Below are positions 1 through 10,643 of a stretch of DNA of 64,000 nucleotides, in pieces. The notes below the pieces were generated by a model. That model worked only from the letters and a program-made list of their open reading frames with translations. It was not told the origin of the DNA and did not search any database. The stretch is from the NCBI GenBank assembly GCA_963737265.1, contig CAVTRY010000011.1:512001-576000 (forward strand), read 5' to 3'. Each line of letters opens with the position of its first letter. Within the stretch, counting starts at the first letter, position 1. The stretch comes from an uncultured delta proteobacterium (GTDB lineage Bacteria; Myxococcota_A; Polyangia; Fen-1088). Made by a program: the position numbers and the translations under genes.

Positions 1-348
1 AAGGGCTCGGGATTAAGCGCGCATTCGGGTCCCAGCGGCCAATCGCTTTACACCGCGAATAGCCAAGCCGATCTCAAAAAAGCGATTGACGAGATCGTTT
101 CCCCAATAGCTCAAGGGGCGTGCACCGTCGATCTCACCCATATCACCATTACCAATCAGGTGGCGGTTTCGTTCGACAACGGCAACAACGGCAACAGTCC
201 GGTTCAGCCGCACGATCCCGGCAACCCGGCCGCGAATGGATGGACCATGTCAGCTGACGAGACAAGCATTACGTTCGCTGGATCCGCCTGCGCACAGATT
301 GAGAGTGGCGCAGCGAAATCAATTCGGATCAAAACGTGCAGCCAATAG
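1..348 (+). CDS. C-terminal part of a secreted vWA-type myxobacterial protein (partial, runs off window start)
   Basis: Frame is open from base 1 (KGSG...LYTANSQADLKKAIDEIV...ACTVDL...NGW...ITFAGSAC..I). This tail resembles the C-terminus of myxobacterial vWA lipoproteins. Confidence 0.5.
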   Translation, partial: KGSGLSAHSGPSGQSLYTANSQADLKKAIDEIVSPIAQGACTVDLTHITITNQVAVSFDNGNNGNSPVQPHDPGNPAANGWTMSADETSITFAGSACAQIESGAAKSIRIKTCSQ

Positions 349-363
349 CAGGCCTGTCCGACG

Positions 364-1416
364 CTACCATTCATCGATAACGCCGATTGCGGGAATCGAC
401 GACGTCAGCGGAATGGTGTCGATGCCCCTCGCGCCCATCGCGGCGAGGTCGTAGCGGATCTTGGCCAGTGGTAGCTTGGAGCTGGCGGTGTCCACTTCGA
501 TGCTGTACTCGGTGTACGACTGACCGCTGATCCGGCTGGGCTCGTCGGCAAACAGGTTGTTTTGCACGAGGTACGCTTCCACGTCGGCCGCGTTCTTGAC
601 CGGGACATTGAATAGCAGGAGGACTTTGTTCTCGGCGTTGATGGCGCCGTACAGATTGATGAGGAACATGCGCAAAAGCTCGTACTTCTGTTGGTGCTCG
701 CGGATCGCCGGGTTCACCCAGATCGAGGTTCCCGATTCCATGACTTCGTCGATGATGCGCAGGCCGTAGTTCTTGATGGCACTGCCGCTCTGGGTGATTT
801 CAAGGCCGAGGTCCGCGCCGCCGTTCTTCACCTTGGCTTCGGTCTTTCCCCAGGTTTCAAAAATGAGAACCCCGGCGTCGATCTTCGGCGGCGTCGAATA
901 TTTCTGCACCGAGAATTTCGTGAAGGACTTGTCGAGGCCAGCGTCTTTCAGCCGCTTGCCGATCCATTCCAGCGCCAGATAGGGCATCTCGGCCACCGCC
1001 GTGATCAAAGACTTTTGACTGCCCAGCTCCTTGAAGAATTCGACCGCGTCCCGATAGTCCTTCTCCGGCCGAATGATGCCGACGAGGCGCACGCTGCCGC
1101 GCTTAAGCGACATGATCCTTCGCAGCCCGAGGTCCTGGCCGTACTCGTACTTCAGCTCGAGGACGCGTTCGCGAATCCAATCGTCGCCGGCGATGGCCAC
1201 GTCCAGCTCGCCGATGCCGAGCTGCGTGGCGAACTCCTGCGGCCGGCCGTCCCAGCCGTAGAGGAAGTTGACCGTAGCGAATTTGCTCGGCCCGCCGGAC
1301 TGGTAGCCCGTGGTGCGAAAGCCGGCCTGTTCCAGCAGCTGCACGAGGTTGCCACCCCGGTTGGGATCAGCGAGGGAGCCAGCGGGCATGCCGATGCGAA
1401 GTACGTCGTTGCTCAT
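364..1416 (-). CDS. hisG: ATP phosphoribosyltransferase (divergent long form)
   Basis: LRIGMPAGSL, RPQEF..LDVAIAGDDWIRE, SWG-like TWGKTEAK, EITQSGSAIKNYGLRII motifs. Start set at MSNDVL (1416). Confidence 0.8.
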   Translation of the reverse strand: MSNDVLRIGMPAGSLADPNRGGNLVQLLEQAGFRTTGYQSGGPSKFATVNFLYGWDGRPQEFATQLGIGELDVAIAGDDWIRERVLELKYEYGQDLGLRRIMSLKRGSVRLVGIIRPEKDYRDAVEFFKELGSQKSLITAVAEMPYLALEWIGKRLKDAGLDKSFTKFSVQKYSTPPKIDAGVLIFETWGKTEAKVKNGGADLGLEITQSGSAIKNYGLRIIDEVMESGTSIWVNPAIREHQQKYELLRMFLINLYGAINAENKVLLLFNVPVKNAADVEAYLVQNNLFADEPSRISGQSYTEYSIEVDTASSKLPLAKIRYDLAAMGARGIDTIPLTSSIPAIGVIDEW

Positions 1417-1541
1417 GAATCCGGCCATCCTGCCTAGAAAATCCGCTTCTGTCACCATCTCGCGCGCAGCACTCGACGGATACTGCGTGGAGACTTTCAT
1501 CCGCGGCTGCTACATTGGCGATGCGCGTTCTCGGAGACGCC

Positions 1542-2129
1542 ATGAAAATCGCTCTTGCAGGTGCACTGTCGGTACTTCGGACCGCAGGCCGAGGCCGGGT
1601 TCTGGTTCTAGAACTCCTCGCGCTTGCCATGACGCTGGCCACGCCCACGGCGCTGTCCGGTGGTGGGCCCGGCGACGATCCGCTGCGCACGTTTTTTCCA
1701 ACTGCCGACGACATGGCGGGCCTCGCTCCAAGTGGAAGCTCCCATTTCAGTGGCGGCGACCTGACAGATATTTACGACGGCGGTGCCATGCGCTTCGTCA
1801 ACGCTGGCGTGATTGGCGCAAGTCGGCGCTACTACAAGCTCAACGGTGCCAGCGCCGAAATTGTCATTCATCGGATGACCAGCACGAAAGCGGCAGAGGA
1901 CTTCCTGGTCTTGCTGTGCAAGGACATCAAGACCAAGGTGGAAAGCGCGGTCAAGACCAAGGCATGCGTTGCTGCCAGCACGGGAACTTCGTACGGATAC
2001 CTCGCCGCCGGTCCATACCTGTCGTTCGCGTCGTTCGACAACGAAGACGCCAGGAAGGTGCGCTCCCTGCTTGAAATATGCAGCCGGCGTATGAATGCCC
2101 ACGGCAATCCCCGCAAGAAGCCAAAGTAG
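1542..2129 (+). CDS. Secreted hypothetical protein, DUF6599-like
   Basis: Hydrophobic N-terminus. The GDLTDIYDGGAMRF motif resembles the DUF6599 L..yidGga motif. Confidence 0.5.
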   Translation: MKIALAGALSVLRTAGRGRVLVLELLALAMTLATPTALSGGGPGDDPLRTFFPTADDMAGLAPSGSSHFSGGDLTDIYDGGAMRFVNAGVIGASRRYYKLNGASAEIVIHRMTSTKAAEDFLVLLCKDIKTKVESAVKTKACVAASTGTSYGYLAAGPYLSFASFDNEDARKVRSLLEICSRRMNAHGNPRKKPK

Positions 2130-2202
2130 GAATGGCGCAAATGCCGTTTCCTCGCGCGCAAGCCCGATGCATGCATTTGCGGTTTGTGTATGATGCCAGC
2201 CG

Positions 2203-3534
2203 ATGCGCGGTACGACCAGGGACCAGCCCCCATCTTTCCACCCGGTGAGTGCATCCGACTTTTTGCCCACGCCGCAGCTGCGCGGTCTGCAACTCGATCG
2301 CCTGCGCGCTATCGTGGCCCACACCCACGCTCACGTCGAGATGTTCCGCCAGCGCATGCAGCAGCGGAACATCACACCCGCGGAGCTGACTTCGCTGGCC
2401 GACATCGCGCGCCTCCCGTTCACGGCAAAGACGGATCTGCGCGACACCTATCCGTTCGGCCTGTTCGCCGATCCGCTGCGCTCCATCGTGCGTCTGCACG
2501 CTTCGAGCGGCACAACCGGCAAACCCATCGTTGTCGCGTACACCAAGCAAGACGTCGAGGTCTGGACGGAAGTCATGGTGCGCAGCTTCGCCGCTTGCGG
2601 CTTGCACGCGGGCGACATCGTGCAAAACGCGTACGGTTACGGCCTTTTCACCGGCGGGCTCGGCGCGCACTACGGCGCCGAAGGAATCGGTGCCACGGTC
2701 ATTCCGATTTCCGGTGGCAACACCGACCGCCAGATTATGGTGCTCAAGGATTTTGGCGTCACCGCCATCTGCTGCACGCCCACTTACTTTCTTCACATCG
2801 TAGATCGGGCGGCACAACTCGGGGTCGACCTCAAAGCGCTTCCCCTGCGCGTCGGCGTGTTCGGTGCCGAGCCGTGGACCGAATCGATGCGCAAGCACAT
2901 ACAGACCGCCTCCAACATCGACCCGTTCGACATCTACGGCCTGTCGGAGATCATCGGCCCTGGCGTCGCGGTCGAGTGCCCGTGCCACGATGGTCTGCAC
3001 ATCTTCGAGGATCACTTTTACCCAGAAATCATCGATCCGCAAACCGGCGCGGTCCTTCCCGATGGGCAGGAGGGGGAATTGGTCCTGACCACGCTGTCCA
3101 AGTGGGCCATGCCCATGATTCGCTACCGCACGCGCGACATCAGCGCGCTGCTGCCGGGCCCGTGTGCGTGCGGTCGAACGCTGCGGCGCATGCGACGCAT
3201 CGGCCGGCGCAGCGACGATATGCTCATCGTCCGCGGCGTGAACATTTATCCTTCGCAAATCGAAGCCGCGATGCTGGAAATCGAGGGCACCCTGCCCCAC
3301 TACCAGATCATCCTCACGCGCGAGCATGGCTTGGACCAGATCGAGGTCCAGGTCGAGGTCACGCCCCAGATATTCAGCGACAAGGTAGGCGCCCTCGAAG
3401 CCCTGGCCGCGCGCCTCGGCGACACGCTCGAACGCGTGCTCGGCATCCGCATCCGGGTAACGCTGGTCGAGCCGCAAACCATCCAGCGCAGCGAAGGCAA
3501 GGCCAAGCGCGTGATCGATAGGCGAGCATCATGA
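2203..3534 (+). CDS. paaK: Phenylacetate--CoA ligase
   Basis: LHASSGTTGKP, YGYGLFTGGLG, DIYGLSE, RYRTRD, GRRSDDMLIVRGVN, EGKAKRVID motifs. Confidence 0.92.
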   Translation: MRGTTRDQPPSFHPVSASDFLPTPQLRGLQLDRLRAIVAHTHAHVEMFRQRMQQRNITPAELTSLADIARLPFTAKTDLRDTYPFGLFADPLRSIVRLHASSGTTGKPIVVAYTKQDVEVWTEVMVRSFAACGLHAGDIVQNAYGYGLFTGGLGAHYGAEGIGATVIPISGGNTDRQIMVLKDFGVTAICCTPTYFLHIVDRAAQLGVDLKALPLRVGVFGAEPWTESMRKHIQTASNIDPFDIYGLSEIIGPGVAVECPCHDGLHIFEDHFYPEIIDPQTGAVLPDGQEGELVLTTLSKWAMPMIRYRTRDISALLPGPCACGRTLRRMRRIGRRSDDMLIVRGVNIYPSQIEAAMLEIEGTLPHYQIILTREHGLDQIEVQVEVTPQIFSDKVGALEALAARLGDTLERVLGIRIRVTLVEPQTIQRSEGKAKRVIDRRAS

Positions 3535-3962
3535 AAATCATGCAACTTTCTCTCTTCGTCGAAAACAAACCAGGTCATCTTCTGGCACCCTGCCGGCTGC
3601 TCGCGGACAACCACATCGATCTGCGAGCGCTGTCGGTCGCCGACACCCAGCAGTTCGGCATTCTTCGTTTGATCGTTGCCGAGCCGAAGCAAGCGTACGC
3701 CCTGCTCGACTGCCACGGTTTTGCGGTCAAGACCAACGAAGTCGTCGCGGTCGAAGTCGAGGATCGGCCGGGCGGTCTCGCGCGCGTGCTGGCGGCCATG
3801 GAGGGAACGCCGCTCAACATCGAGTACATGTACGCCTTCCCCTTCGGTCACGACGACCGCGCCGTCCTGATTTTCCGTTTTGACGATCCCGACGCCGCCG
3901 TCGCGCGCCTGCAAGCGGCTGGCCTCAGCGTGCTGTCGGCGAGCGAGCTCCTGGGGGGCTGA
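3531..3962 (+). CDS. Double ACT-domain protein
   Basis: QLSLFVENKPG...DRPGGLA..NIEYMYAF. ATGA overlap with paaK, its usual partner. Confidence 0.88.
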   Translation: MKIMQLSLFVENKPGHLLAPCRLLADNHIDLRALSVADTQQFGILRLIVAEPKQAYALLDCHGFAVKTNEVVAVEVEDRPGGLARVLAAMEGTPLNIEYMYAFPFGHDDRAVLIFRFDDPDAAVARLQAAGLSVLSASELLGG

Positions 3963-3973
3963 GACATACCGCC

Positions 3974-5143
3974 ATGTTGGTCGCCCAGAGCATCCGCGAA
4001 AAACTAGAACGCTCGTCGTGGATCCGGCGCATGTTCGAGGAAGGCGCACGGCTGCGCCAAGAACGCGGCGCCGACCATGTCTTCGATTTCACCCTGGGCA
4101 ACCCCGAGGTCGAGCCACCCGCGTCCGTCATCGCCGCCCTCCGCCGCGCCGTCGACGACGGCCTGCCCGGCTGCCACGGCTACATGCCCAACGCCGGCCT
4201 CACCGATGCGCGCTCGGCGGTGGCTGGCAAACTGACCCGCGAAACCGGCCTGCTGTTTTCGGCTGCCGACGTCGTGATGACGGTCGGCTCGGCCGGTGCC
4301 TGCAATGTCATTCTCAAGGCCATTCTCGATCCAGGCGACGAAGTCATCGTGCTCGTGCCCCATTTTTCGGAGTATGAATTCTACATTGGCAACCACGGCG
4401 GCAAGATCGTTCCGGTGGAAACCGGCGTGGATTTCTTGCCCGACATCGATTGCCTCCAAGCCGCCATCACCGGGCGCACGCGCGCCATCCTGCTCAACAC
4501 GCCCAACAACCCCACCGGCCGCGTCTATTCTGGCCAAGTCCTCGCGGCAATCGAATCCCTTCTCTTAGGCCTCGACCATCCCGTTTTGGTGATCTCGGAC
4601 GAGCCCTACCAGAGCCTGGTTTACGACGGAAACGAGCAGTCTCCCGTTGCGGCGGCGATGGCGAACGTCGTTGTTTGCAGCTCGTGGTCCAAGTCACAGG
4701 CCCTGGCGGGCGAACGCATCGGCTTTCTCGCCCTGTCGCCCCGCCTGCCCGACTTGCCCGCGCTCCGCAATGCCTGCACCTTTGCCAACCGCGTGCTGGG
4801 TTTCGTGAACGCCCCCGCCCTGTGGCAGCGCGTGATCGCCCAGGTGCCGGACGCCCACGTCGACATCGCCGGCTATCAACAGAAACGCGACCGCCTGTGC
4901 GACGGCATGGCGTCCATCGGCTACGACGTGCGCAAGCCCGAAGGCGCCTTCTACGTTTTTTGCAAAACCCCTATCGCCGACGACATCGACTTCGTGGGCA
5001 AACTGGCGCGCGAGGGCGTGCTGGCAGTCCCCGGAACGGGCTTCGGTCGTGGCGGCTACCTGCGCCTGAGCCTTACCGTGCCACCGGTCACGATTGAACG
5101 TGCCTTGCCGCTCCTCGAGCGCGTCTTCCGCGCCGTCCGCTGA
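3974..5143 (+). CDS. PLP-dependent aminotransferase class I/II (aspartate/aromatic)
   Basis: NTPNNPTG, ISDEPY, SWSKSQALAGERIG, PEGAFY motifs. Confidence 0.9.
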   Translation: MLVAQSIREKLERSSWIRRMFEEGARLRQERGADHVFDFTLGNPEVEPPASVIAALRRAVDDGLPGCHGYMPNAGLTDARSAVAGKLTRETGLLFSAADVVMTVGSAGACNVILKAILDPGDEVIVLVPHFSEYEFYIGNHGGKIVPVETGVDFLPDIDCLQAAITGRTRAILLNTPNNPTGRVYSGQVLAAIESLLLGLDHPVLVISDEPYQSLVYDGNEQSPVAAAMANVVVCSSWSKSQALAGERIGFLALSPRLPDLPALRNACTFANRVLGFVNAPALWQRVIAQVPDAHVDIAGYQQKRDRLCDGMASIGYDVRKPEGAFYVFCKTPIADDIDFVGKLAREGVLAVPGTGFGRGGYLRLSLTVPPVTIERALPLLERVFRAVR

Positions 5144-5164
5144 ACTTATCCGCTGAACTTGGAC

Positions 5165-5193
5165 TTGAGCTTGCGCTAGCGCGCAACTACGAT
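5165..5193 (+). promoter_or_regulatory. Candidate sigma70 promoter with an inverted repeat in the spacer
   Basis: TTGAGC-N17-TACGAT ends 9 nt before the ATG at 5203. The spacer contains TTGCGC-tagc-GCGCAA. Confidence 0.45.
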
Positions 5194-5202
5194 CGGACCA
5201 CC

Positions 5203-6230
5203 ATGGCGACCGCCTCTGACTCTCTATTGCGCGAGGGCCTTGCTGCCCTGGGAGAGATTCTGCCCGACGGCTACCGGCTGGCGAAATCCAGCGTGCGCAA
5301 CCGAGAAGTACCGGCGGACGCGTGGATCCTAGTCCGCAACCCTGCCAAGCAAAGCGTCACCTGTTTGGTGGTTGCGCGACGCCGGGTCGAGACCCGCGAT
5401 CTCGGAGCCATCGCTACCAGCGTCGCGCGCGCCCCCAACCCCGCCCTGCTGGTCTCCACCTATCTCGCGCCAGTTGTGAAGGAAAGGTTGCGCGGCTTCG
5501 GCATTGGCTTCTGGGATCTGGCGGGCGGCGCGGGGATCGTTCTTCAGGACATCGGATTGCGCATCGAACGGGATGGCGCCGCCGGTGTCTCTGGAAACAG
5601 CGAGCATGCCGTCCGCTCGCTTTGCGGAGAGATGTCGGGCCGCGTGGCCCGCGCCCTGGTCGACGTCCGCCCCCCTTACCCGCTCGGCGTGCTGGCCGAA
5701 CATGCGCACGTTCCCCGAGCTACGCCTCGCGCGTGGTGGCTTTTCTCGGCGACGCCGGGCTCTTGCAACGCCAGCCCCGCGGCAGGATTGAACAAGTCGC
5801 CTGGCAGGAGATTTTGCGACGCTGGTCGTTGGATACACCCGCGCAGGCGCGGGGCGAGTCGTCCACGTTCACCAACGCCCGGGGAATTCCCGATTTCCTC
5901 GCGCGGCTCGGCCCAAGCGGTTTTCTCCATGCGCTGACCGGCGAGAGCGCCTTTGCCGCCCTGGCGTCCGCACCGCCCCCCGGCGCGGCGGTGGCTTACG
6001 TCGACGACGTTCAAGCGGCCGTCGATCAGTTCGCCCTGCACCCGGCTGAAGAGGGCGCCAACATCGTCCTCGTGAAGCCCGTCGATCGGAGCGTTTTTCT
6101 GCGCTCGACCGAAGCCGGCGGCCTACGCTTCGTCTCGCCGAGCTTGATGATCGCCGATCTCGGCGACAGCCTGCGGTTCGAGTCGTCTCTCGCCTGGATG
6201 GAGGAGCACGAATCAGTCTGGCGCAGGTCG
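5203..6230 (+). CDS. AbiEi-like (type IV TA antitoxin / transcriptional regulator) protein, frameshifted near 5711; 3' end uncertain
   Basis: ORF 5203 joins the 5322 frame at HAHV/SPSYASRVV (wHTH-like), then YALTG-like HALTGESA, GANIVL, VSPSLMIADL and WMEEHESVWRR. No stop occurs before the convergent gene. Confidence 0.55.
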
Positions 6231-8427
6231 AGCACCGAGCTTCCAGTTGGCCAGCGCTGCCGACGCACACAGCGCCGCCGCCAGCAGCGCGACGGGAACG
6301 AGCCCCATGAGTGGAATCGCGAGCAGCGCGGTGAGCGCGGCGGCCCCGGCTGCTCCGGCCAGATCCCAGGCGTAGACTCGCGCCGCAGGGCTCCGGCCGG
6401 CCTGCGATGCCGGCACCGAATCAACAGCCAGCGGATAAACTGCTCCGGTTGCGGCGCCGACAACGCCAGTCAGGCCAACAATGAGAAAGCGCCCCACGCC
6501 AGGCGCGGCTTGTGCCACGTGCAGCGCCAAGGGAACGAGCGCGGCGACGCCAGCGACCACTACGCAGGCGCCAGCCAGCGCGCGCGAACGGCCGCAATAG
6601 CGCCGGCCCGCCAACGCCCCCGCGGCCATGCCCGCCATGAACACGGCCAGCATGCCACCCAGAGCGTGATAGAGGTGTCCTTGCAGCGCCTGAAAGGCGA
6701 GCAGGAGCACGAGTTGCAATCCCATGCCGGCCGCGCCCGCCGCCGCGGCCGCAAATCCGGGTGCTCCCCTGCCCCGCCGCAAAATCAGCACCGGCGCCGC
6801 CACGCCAAGAACCCCGACCACCACCAACCAAATGGCCCAAGGCGCGCGTACAAAAGTCAGAGCGGCTCGGCCAAGGGTCGGCGATAGCCGTCCGATATTT
6901 TCGATGAGTCCGAACAGATACACGACGGGACGAAAGTCGCGACTCACGATGGGCGCCGCTTCGGCCAGTGCGTGGCGGTATTCTTCCGCGTGCAAGGGCA
7001 ACAGGCGGTTACGCAGCCACGCCCTCCCGACCTGCGCCAAGTGCAATCGGCGTTCGCTTAGCCTGCCAGTTAGCAAGGTCGGGGAGGCGTCGAGGCTTTC
7101 CTCGGAGCCCCACAGAATCGTTTCGCCGCCCGGGGCGCTTCCCGTCGCCGGAAAGGTGGCTGCCAGTGTCGCGACCAACGCGGCGTGTCGCTGCCTGGCC
7201 GGACCATCGAGATACGCGTCCGAGCCTGGCGTGATCAGAACGAACACTCCGCCCGGTGCCAATGCGCGACGTGCGTCCTCAAAACACTCCCGGCTGGAAA
7301 AGCGGGCCATCAGCGCGTTTTGAGGGACGGGGAGATCGACGAGGATGACATCGTAGCGCTGGATACTGTTGTGCAAGAGACTTCGCCCATCTGCGACGAC
7401 GGCGTGGACGCGCGGATCGGCAAGCGCAATGCGCGTTCCTTCGTCGGCGAACGCACGGGCAAGCCGAAAAATATCCGGATCCATCTCCACGTAGTCGATC
7501 CAATCGGGCTGATGTTTGAGCACCTCGGAAAGGCCGCCGCCAAGTCCGCCGCCAATCAGCAAGACGCGGGTGGGATGCGGGTGCAGCAACATGGGAAGAT
7601 GAACGCTTTCCTCCGCAGCGATCGCATCCTCGGTAGTGAACAGCAGGACGCCGTCGTGAAAGAAAGCCCGCTGATCCCCTCGCGCCGCCACCGCGAGCAA
7701 ACCGTAGCGCGATGGCTGGGTGGCGACAATCTGCTCGCCGCGAAAGCGCGCCGACGTGAGGGCCGCCGTCAAGCGCGGCGCAAGCGGTACGCCAAGAGCG
7801 ACGACGACCAAGCTGCCAGCAACCGCAGTCCCCATTCGTCGAGGCAGGACGAGCCGCGCGCCCGCCCAAACGCAAACGACGGCGGGCAAAAGGAGAATCC
7901 ATGCGCTCGTCAGTCGTTCGGCAAAAAGGAAGTGGAAGAGCAGGCCCGCGACGACCGCGCCACCTGTCTCGGCAATGTAGATTGTTGCGGCGTGGGTGGC
8001 GCCCTTCTTCTCCAGAGCACCCGCCGCGAACGCGAACGCGAGCCCGCCTAGGCAACAGGCGGGCGTCAGAGCCGCGAGCGAGGCAAGTAAAACAGTCAGG
8101 ATCCCGGGATCCTGCCCCACCAGCAGGGACGCGGGCCGCGTGAGCTCGGTCAGCCACAACGAGCCGACCAGAAGCACGGGCGCCGCACACAACAACAGCC
8201 CAAACCACCGAGTCGTGCGGACCTGACCGGAAGCCAAGCGACCACCCGTGGCACTGGCTATCGCGGTCAGGCACAGCCACAGCGCCAGGACCAGGCCCAG
8301 CACCAGCTCATTGCCTTGCGAAGAAGCCAGGATTTCGCGCAGCAGAACCACCTCGGCCAAAAGCGAGGCCGCGCCCGCAGCCGCAACACCGCGATGGACG
8401 GCGCCGAGAACCGCCGTTCAGCTCCAT
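6213..8427 (-). CDS. Membrane-embedded spermidine-synthase-like (MFS-like TM + aminopropyl/methyltransferase) protein
   Basis: Many TM helices flank VLLIGGGLG, YVEMDP, DGRS, YDVILVDLP and LAPGG. The true start is probably near 8427 with a frameshift; the given ORF starts at 8360. Confidence 0.8.
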
Positions 8428-9552
8428 ACGCCGGGGATGGTGTTGCCGCAGAACTCGCAGCGGCCATTCTTGATGTGCATCTCGTCCAGCTCGAAACCAC
8501 GCCGAACTACCACCGCCTTGTTACAGCGTGGGCAAATCGTGCTCTCGCCGTCGAGCCCCGGCACGTTGCCGATGTAGACGTAGTGCAGTCCCTCGGCCAG
8601 CGCCGATTTCGCGGCAGCGAATCAGGGTGGCATTGGGCGTGGGCGCGACGTTCTTCATCTGGTATTCCGGGTGAAAGCGCGTGAAGTGGACGGGGACGTC
8701 CGCGCCCAGATGGTCCCTTCACCCAGCGGCACATGGCCAGGATCTCGGTCTCGCTGTCGTTCTGGCCGGGAACGCACAAGTGAACCAGTTCCAGCCACAC
8801 GCCGCTCGCTCGAATCACCTCGAGCGTCTTGAGCACGGGTTCGAGCTTGCCCTTGCACATGCGCTGGTAGTAGTCCTCGGTGAATCCCTTGAGATCGACC
8901 TTCACGGCGTCGAGGTGCTTCAGCGCTTCCTTCATGGGCTCGGCCTCGCCCGAGCCGCCCGTGACCATGGTCGTGCGCACGCCGGCCTTGCGCGCGGCCG
9001 CCGCAGTGTCGATGCAATATTCGAGAAAAACGATGGGTTCGGAGTAGGTGAAGGTCACGCAGGCGTCATAGTCCTTGGCCTGGCGCACGACTTCGTCGGG
9101 CGGCATGAAGCGAAAATCCACGTCCTCGGGCTTCGACTGGGAAATGTCCCAATTCTGGCAACACTTGCATTCCAGGTTGCAGCCCGCGGTGGCGATGGAA
9201 AATGCGTGGCTGCCCGGGCAGGAAATGAAAGAGCGGCTTCTTCTCGATGGGATCCAGGTGCACAGCGCAGGGTTGGCCCCACACCAGGGTCAAGTACTCG
9301 CCGTCGCGATTTTCGCGCACGCCGCAGAATCCACGCTCGCGATCCTCGACCTTGCAGTGCTTGGGGCACAGACCGCACTCGATACGCTTTTGCGGAAGTT
9401 TTTTCCAGAAGCGCGCGGGAAATGCGCGCGGGCGTCGTTGGCAGCAAGCGCGCGACCGGGCGCGGCAACAGCACGCTGCCCGCGGACACCCCCGCGGCCA
9501 AGGCACAGCCCCCGCCGCCACAAGTGAAAACAAAATCGCGTCGCGAAAGCAT
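8418..9552 (-). CDS. amrS: AmmeMemoRadiSam radical SAM enzyme with twin-arginine leader (about 4 frameshifts)
   Basis: Pieced across frames: CGLCPKHC..FCGVR, DPIEKKPLFHF, TAGCNLECKCCQNWDISQ, FTYSEP, VDLKGF, HFTRFHP, YVYIGNVPG..TICPRC. N-terminus MLSRRDFV. Confidence 0.85.
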
Positions 9553-9554
9553 GG

Positions 9555-10614
9555 CTAGACCTCCACGGTCACGACTTCAATGCCGGCGCGATCCGAGACG
9601 CCGAGGCCAAGCTTGCTCGACGTCGCCAGATAGGTCGGCGTCAGCCCGACTTGGGCAAGCGAGGGCAGTTCGCGCTTCTTGCGCAAATCTTCCAGAATCC
9701 CGAGCGCCACCGTGTCCACCGCAACGAGATCGGTTGCGAAGAGCAAGAGGTTGGCGACTTCGCCCATGCCGGGTTGATAGCTGGGCCCGTTGTCGACCAC
9801 CGGCCGAAGCGCATCCATGATGACGAGCCGCTGCTTGCCGCGAATCTCCGGCACGGCATTGACCTCGGCAATGTACGGGATCGCAATTGTCAAGGTGCAT
9901 CTTGTTGGGATTGTGAATGCAGCCGAAGTTGTTCTTGAGAGCGCCGGTCATGCCCGAAAGCATGTGCTGCTTGAGAATGGGAAGATTGAGTACGCCATCC
10001 ACATGAGTCGTCAACACGCGTGGCAAGGCGCGACGCCGACGACGGCATTTGCACCAACTCCTCCTCGTGCCCGGCTTCATCGTTGCCGAGGCAGCGATAG
10101 CCGTGCGGCTTGCTCGAAAAACCCGAAGCGGTCAGGTCCGAGGTAAAGCGGTCGAAAGCGATCTGATGGTGCCCGTCGATGTCGGCCTTGCCGAGCAAGG
10201 CAGACAATTCATCGACCAATTCCACATGCGTGGCGGCATTGCGACCGGCGAGGCCGTTGATCTTCAGGCCAACGCGCTCGCCTGGCCGAACGTATCGAGC
10301 GAGCGCGGCGGCGGCATTCTTCTGGCCCGAGAACGCAATCAACCCGGCTTCTAGCATGGCCCGCAGAGCGCCGCGATCCGCATCGTAACCGTGGCGTGAG
10401 CGCCTTCTTGGTTCGTACCACCACCACGCGCGGTTTGTTCCGCCGCAATGGGTTTCACAGGAACTGCTTCCGTCACAGGACCGCTAGCAGACCGTCTCCG
10501 CTCCTCGGCACGACTGCTTCCGCACGACGAACCACAACCCGCGATGGCCAGGGCCGCGCCTCCCAACGCCTGCAGGAAGCGACGACGATCCGAACTATTC
10601 GCGTCCGCAGCCAC
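9555..10614 (-). CDS. DUF362 protein with twin-arginine leader (about 4 frameshifts)
   Basis: DRRRFLQALGGAAL leader, PGERVGLKIN, NLPILKQHMLSGMTGALKNNFG, ATDLVAVD. Confidence 0.75.
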
Positions 10615-10643
10615 GAAAGAGAGTATAGCGCGCGTTTCGGCCT

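Noticed and set aside
2137-2181. Inverted repeat CGCAAATGC/GCATTTGCG upstream of paaK
   Set aside because: A 9-bp arm with a long spacer cannot be distinguished from a chance hairpin without comparative data.
1951-3477. Long antisense ORFs (also 13643-15157, 21192-22508, 42945-44210, 56253-58256)
   Set aside because: Shadow frames of well-supported genes, expected in high-GC DNA, with no motifs.
5322-6887. 521-aa ORF as a single real protein
   Set aside because: Only about 5711-6230 looks coding. The rest is out-of-frame or antisense read-through.
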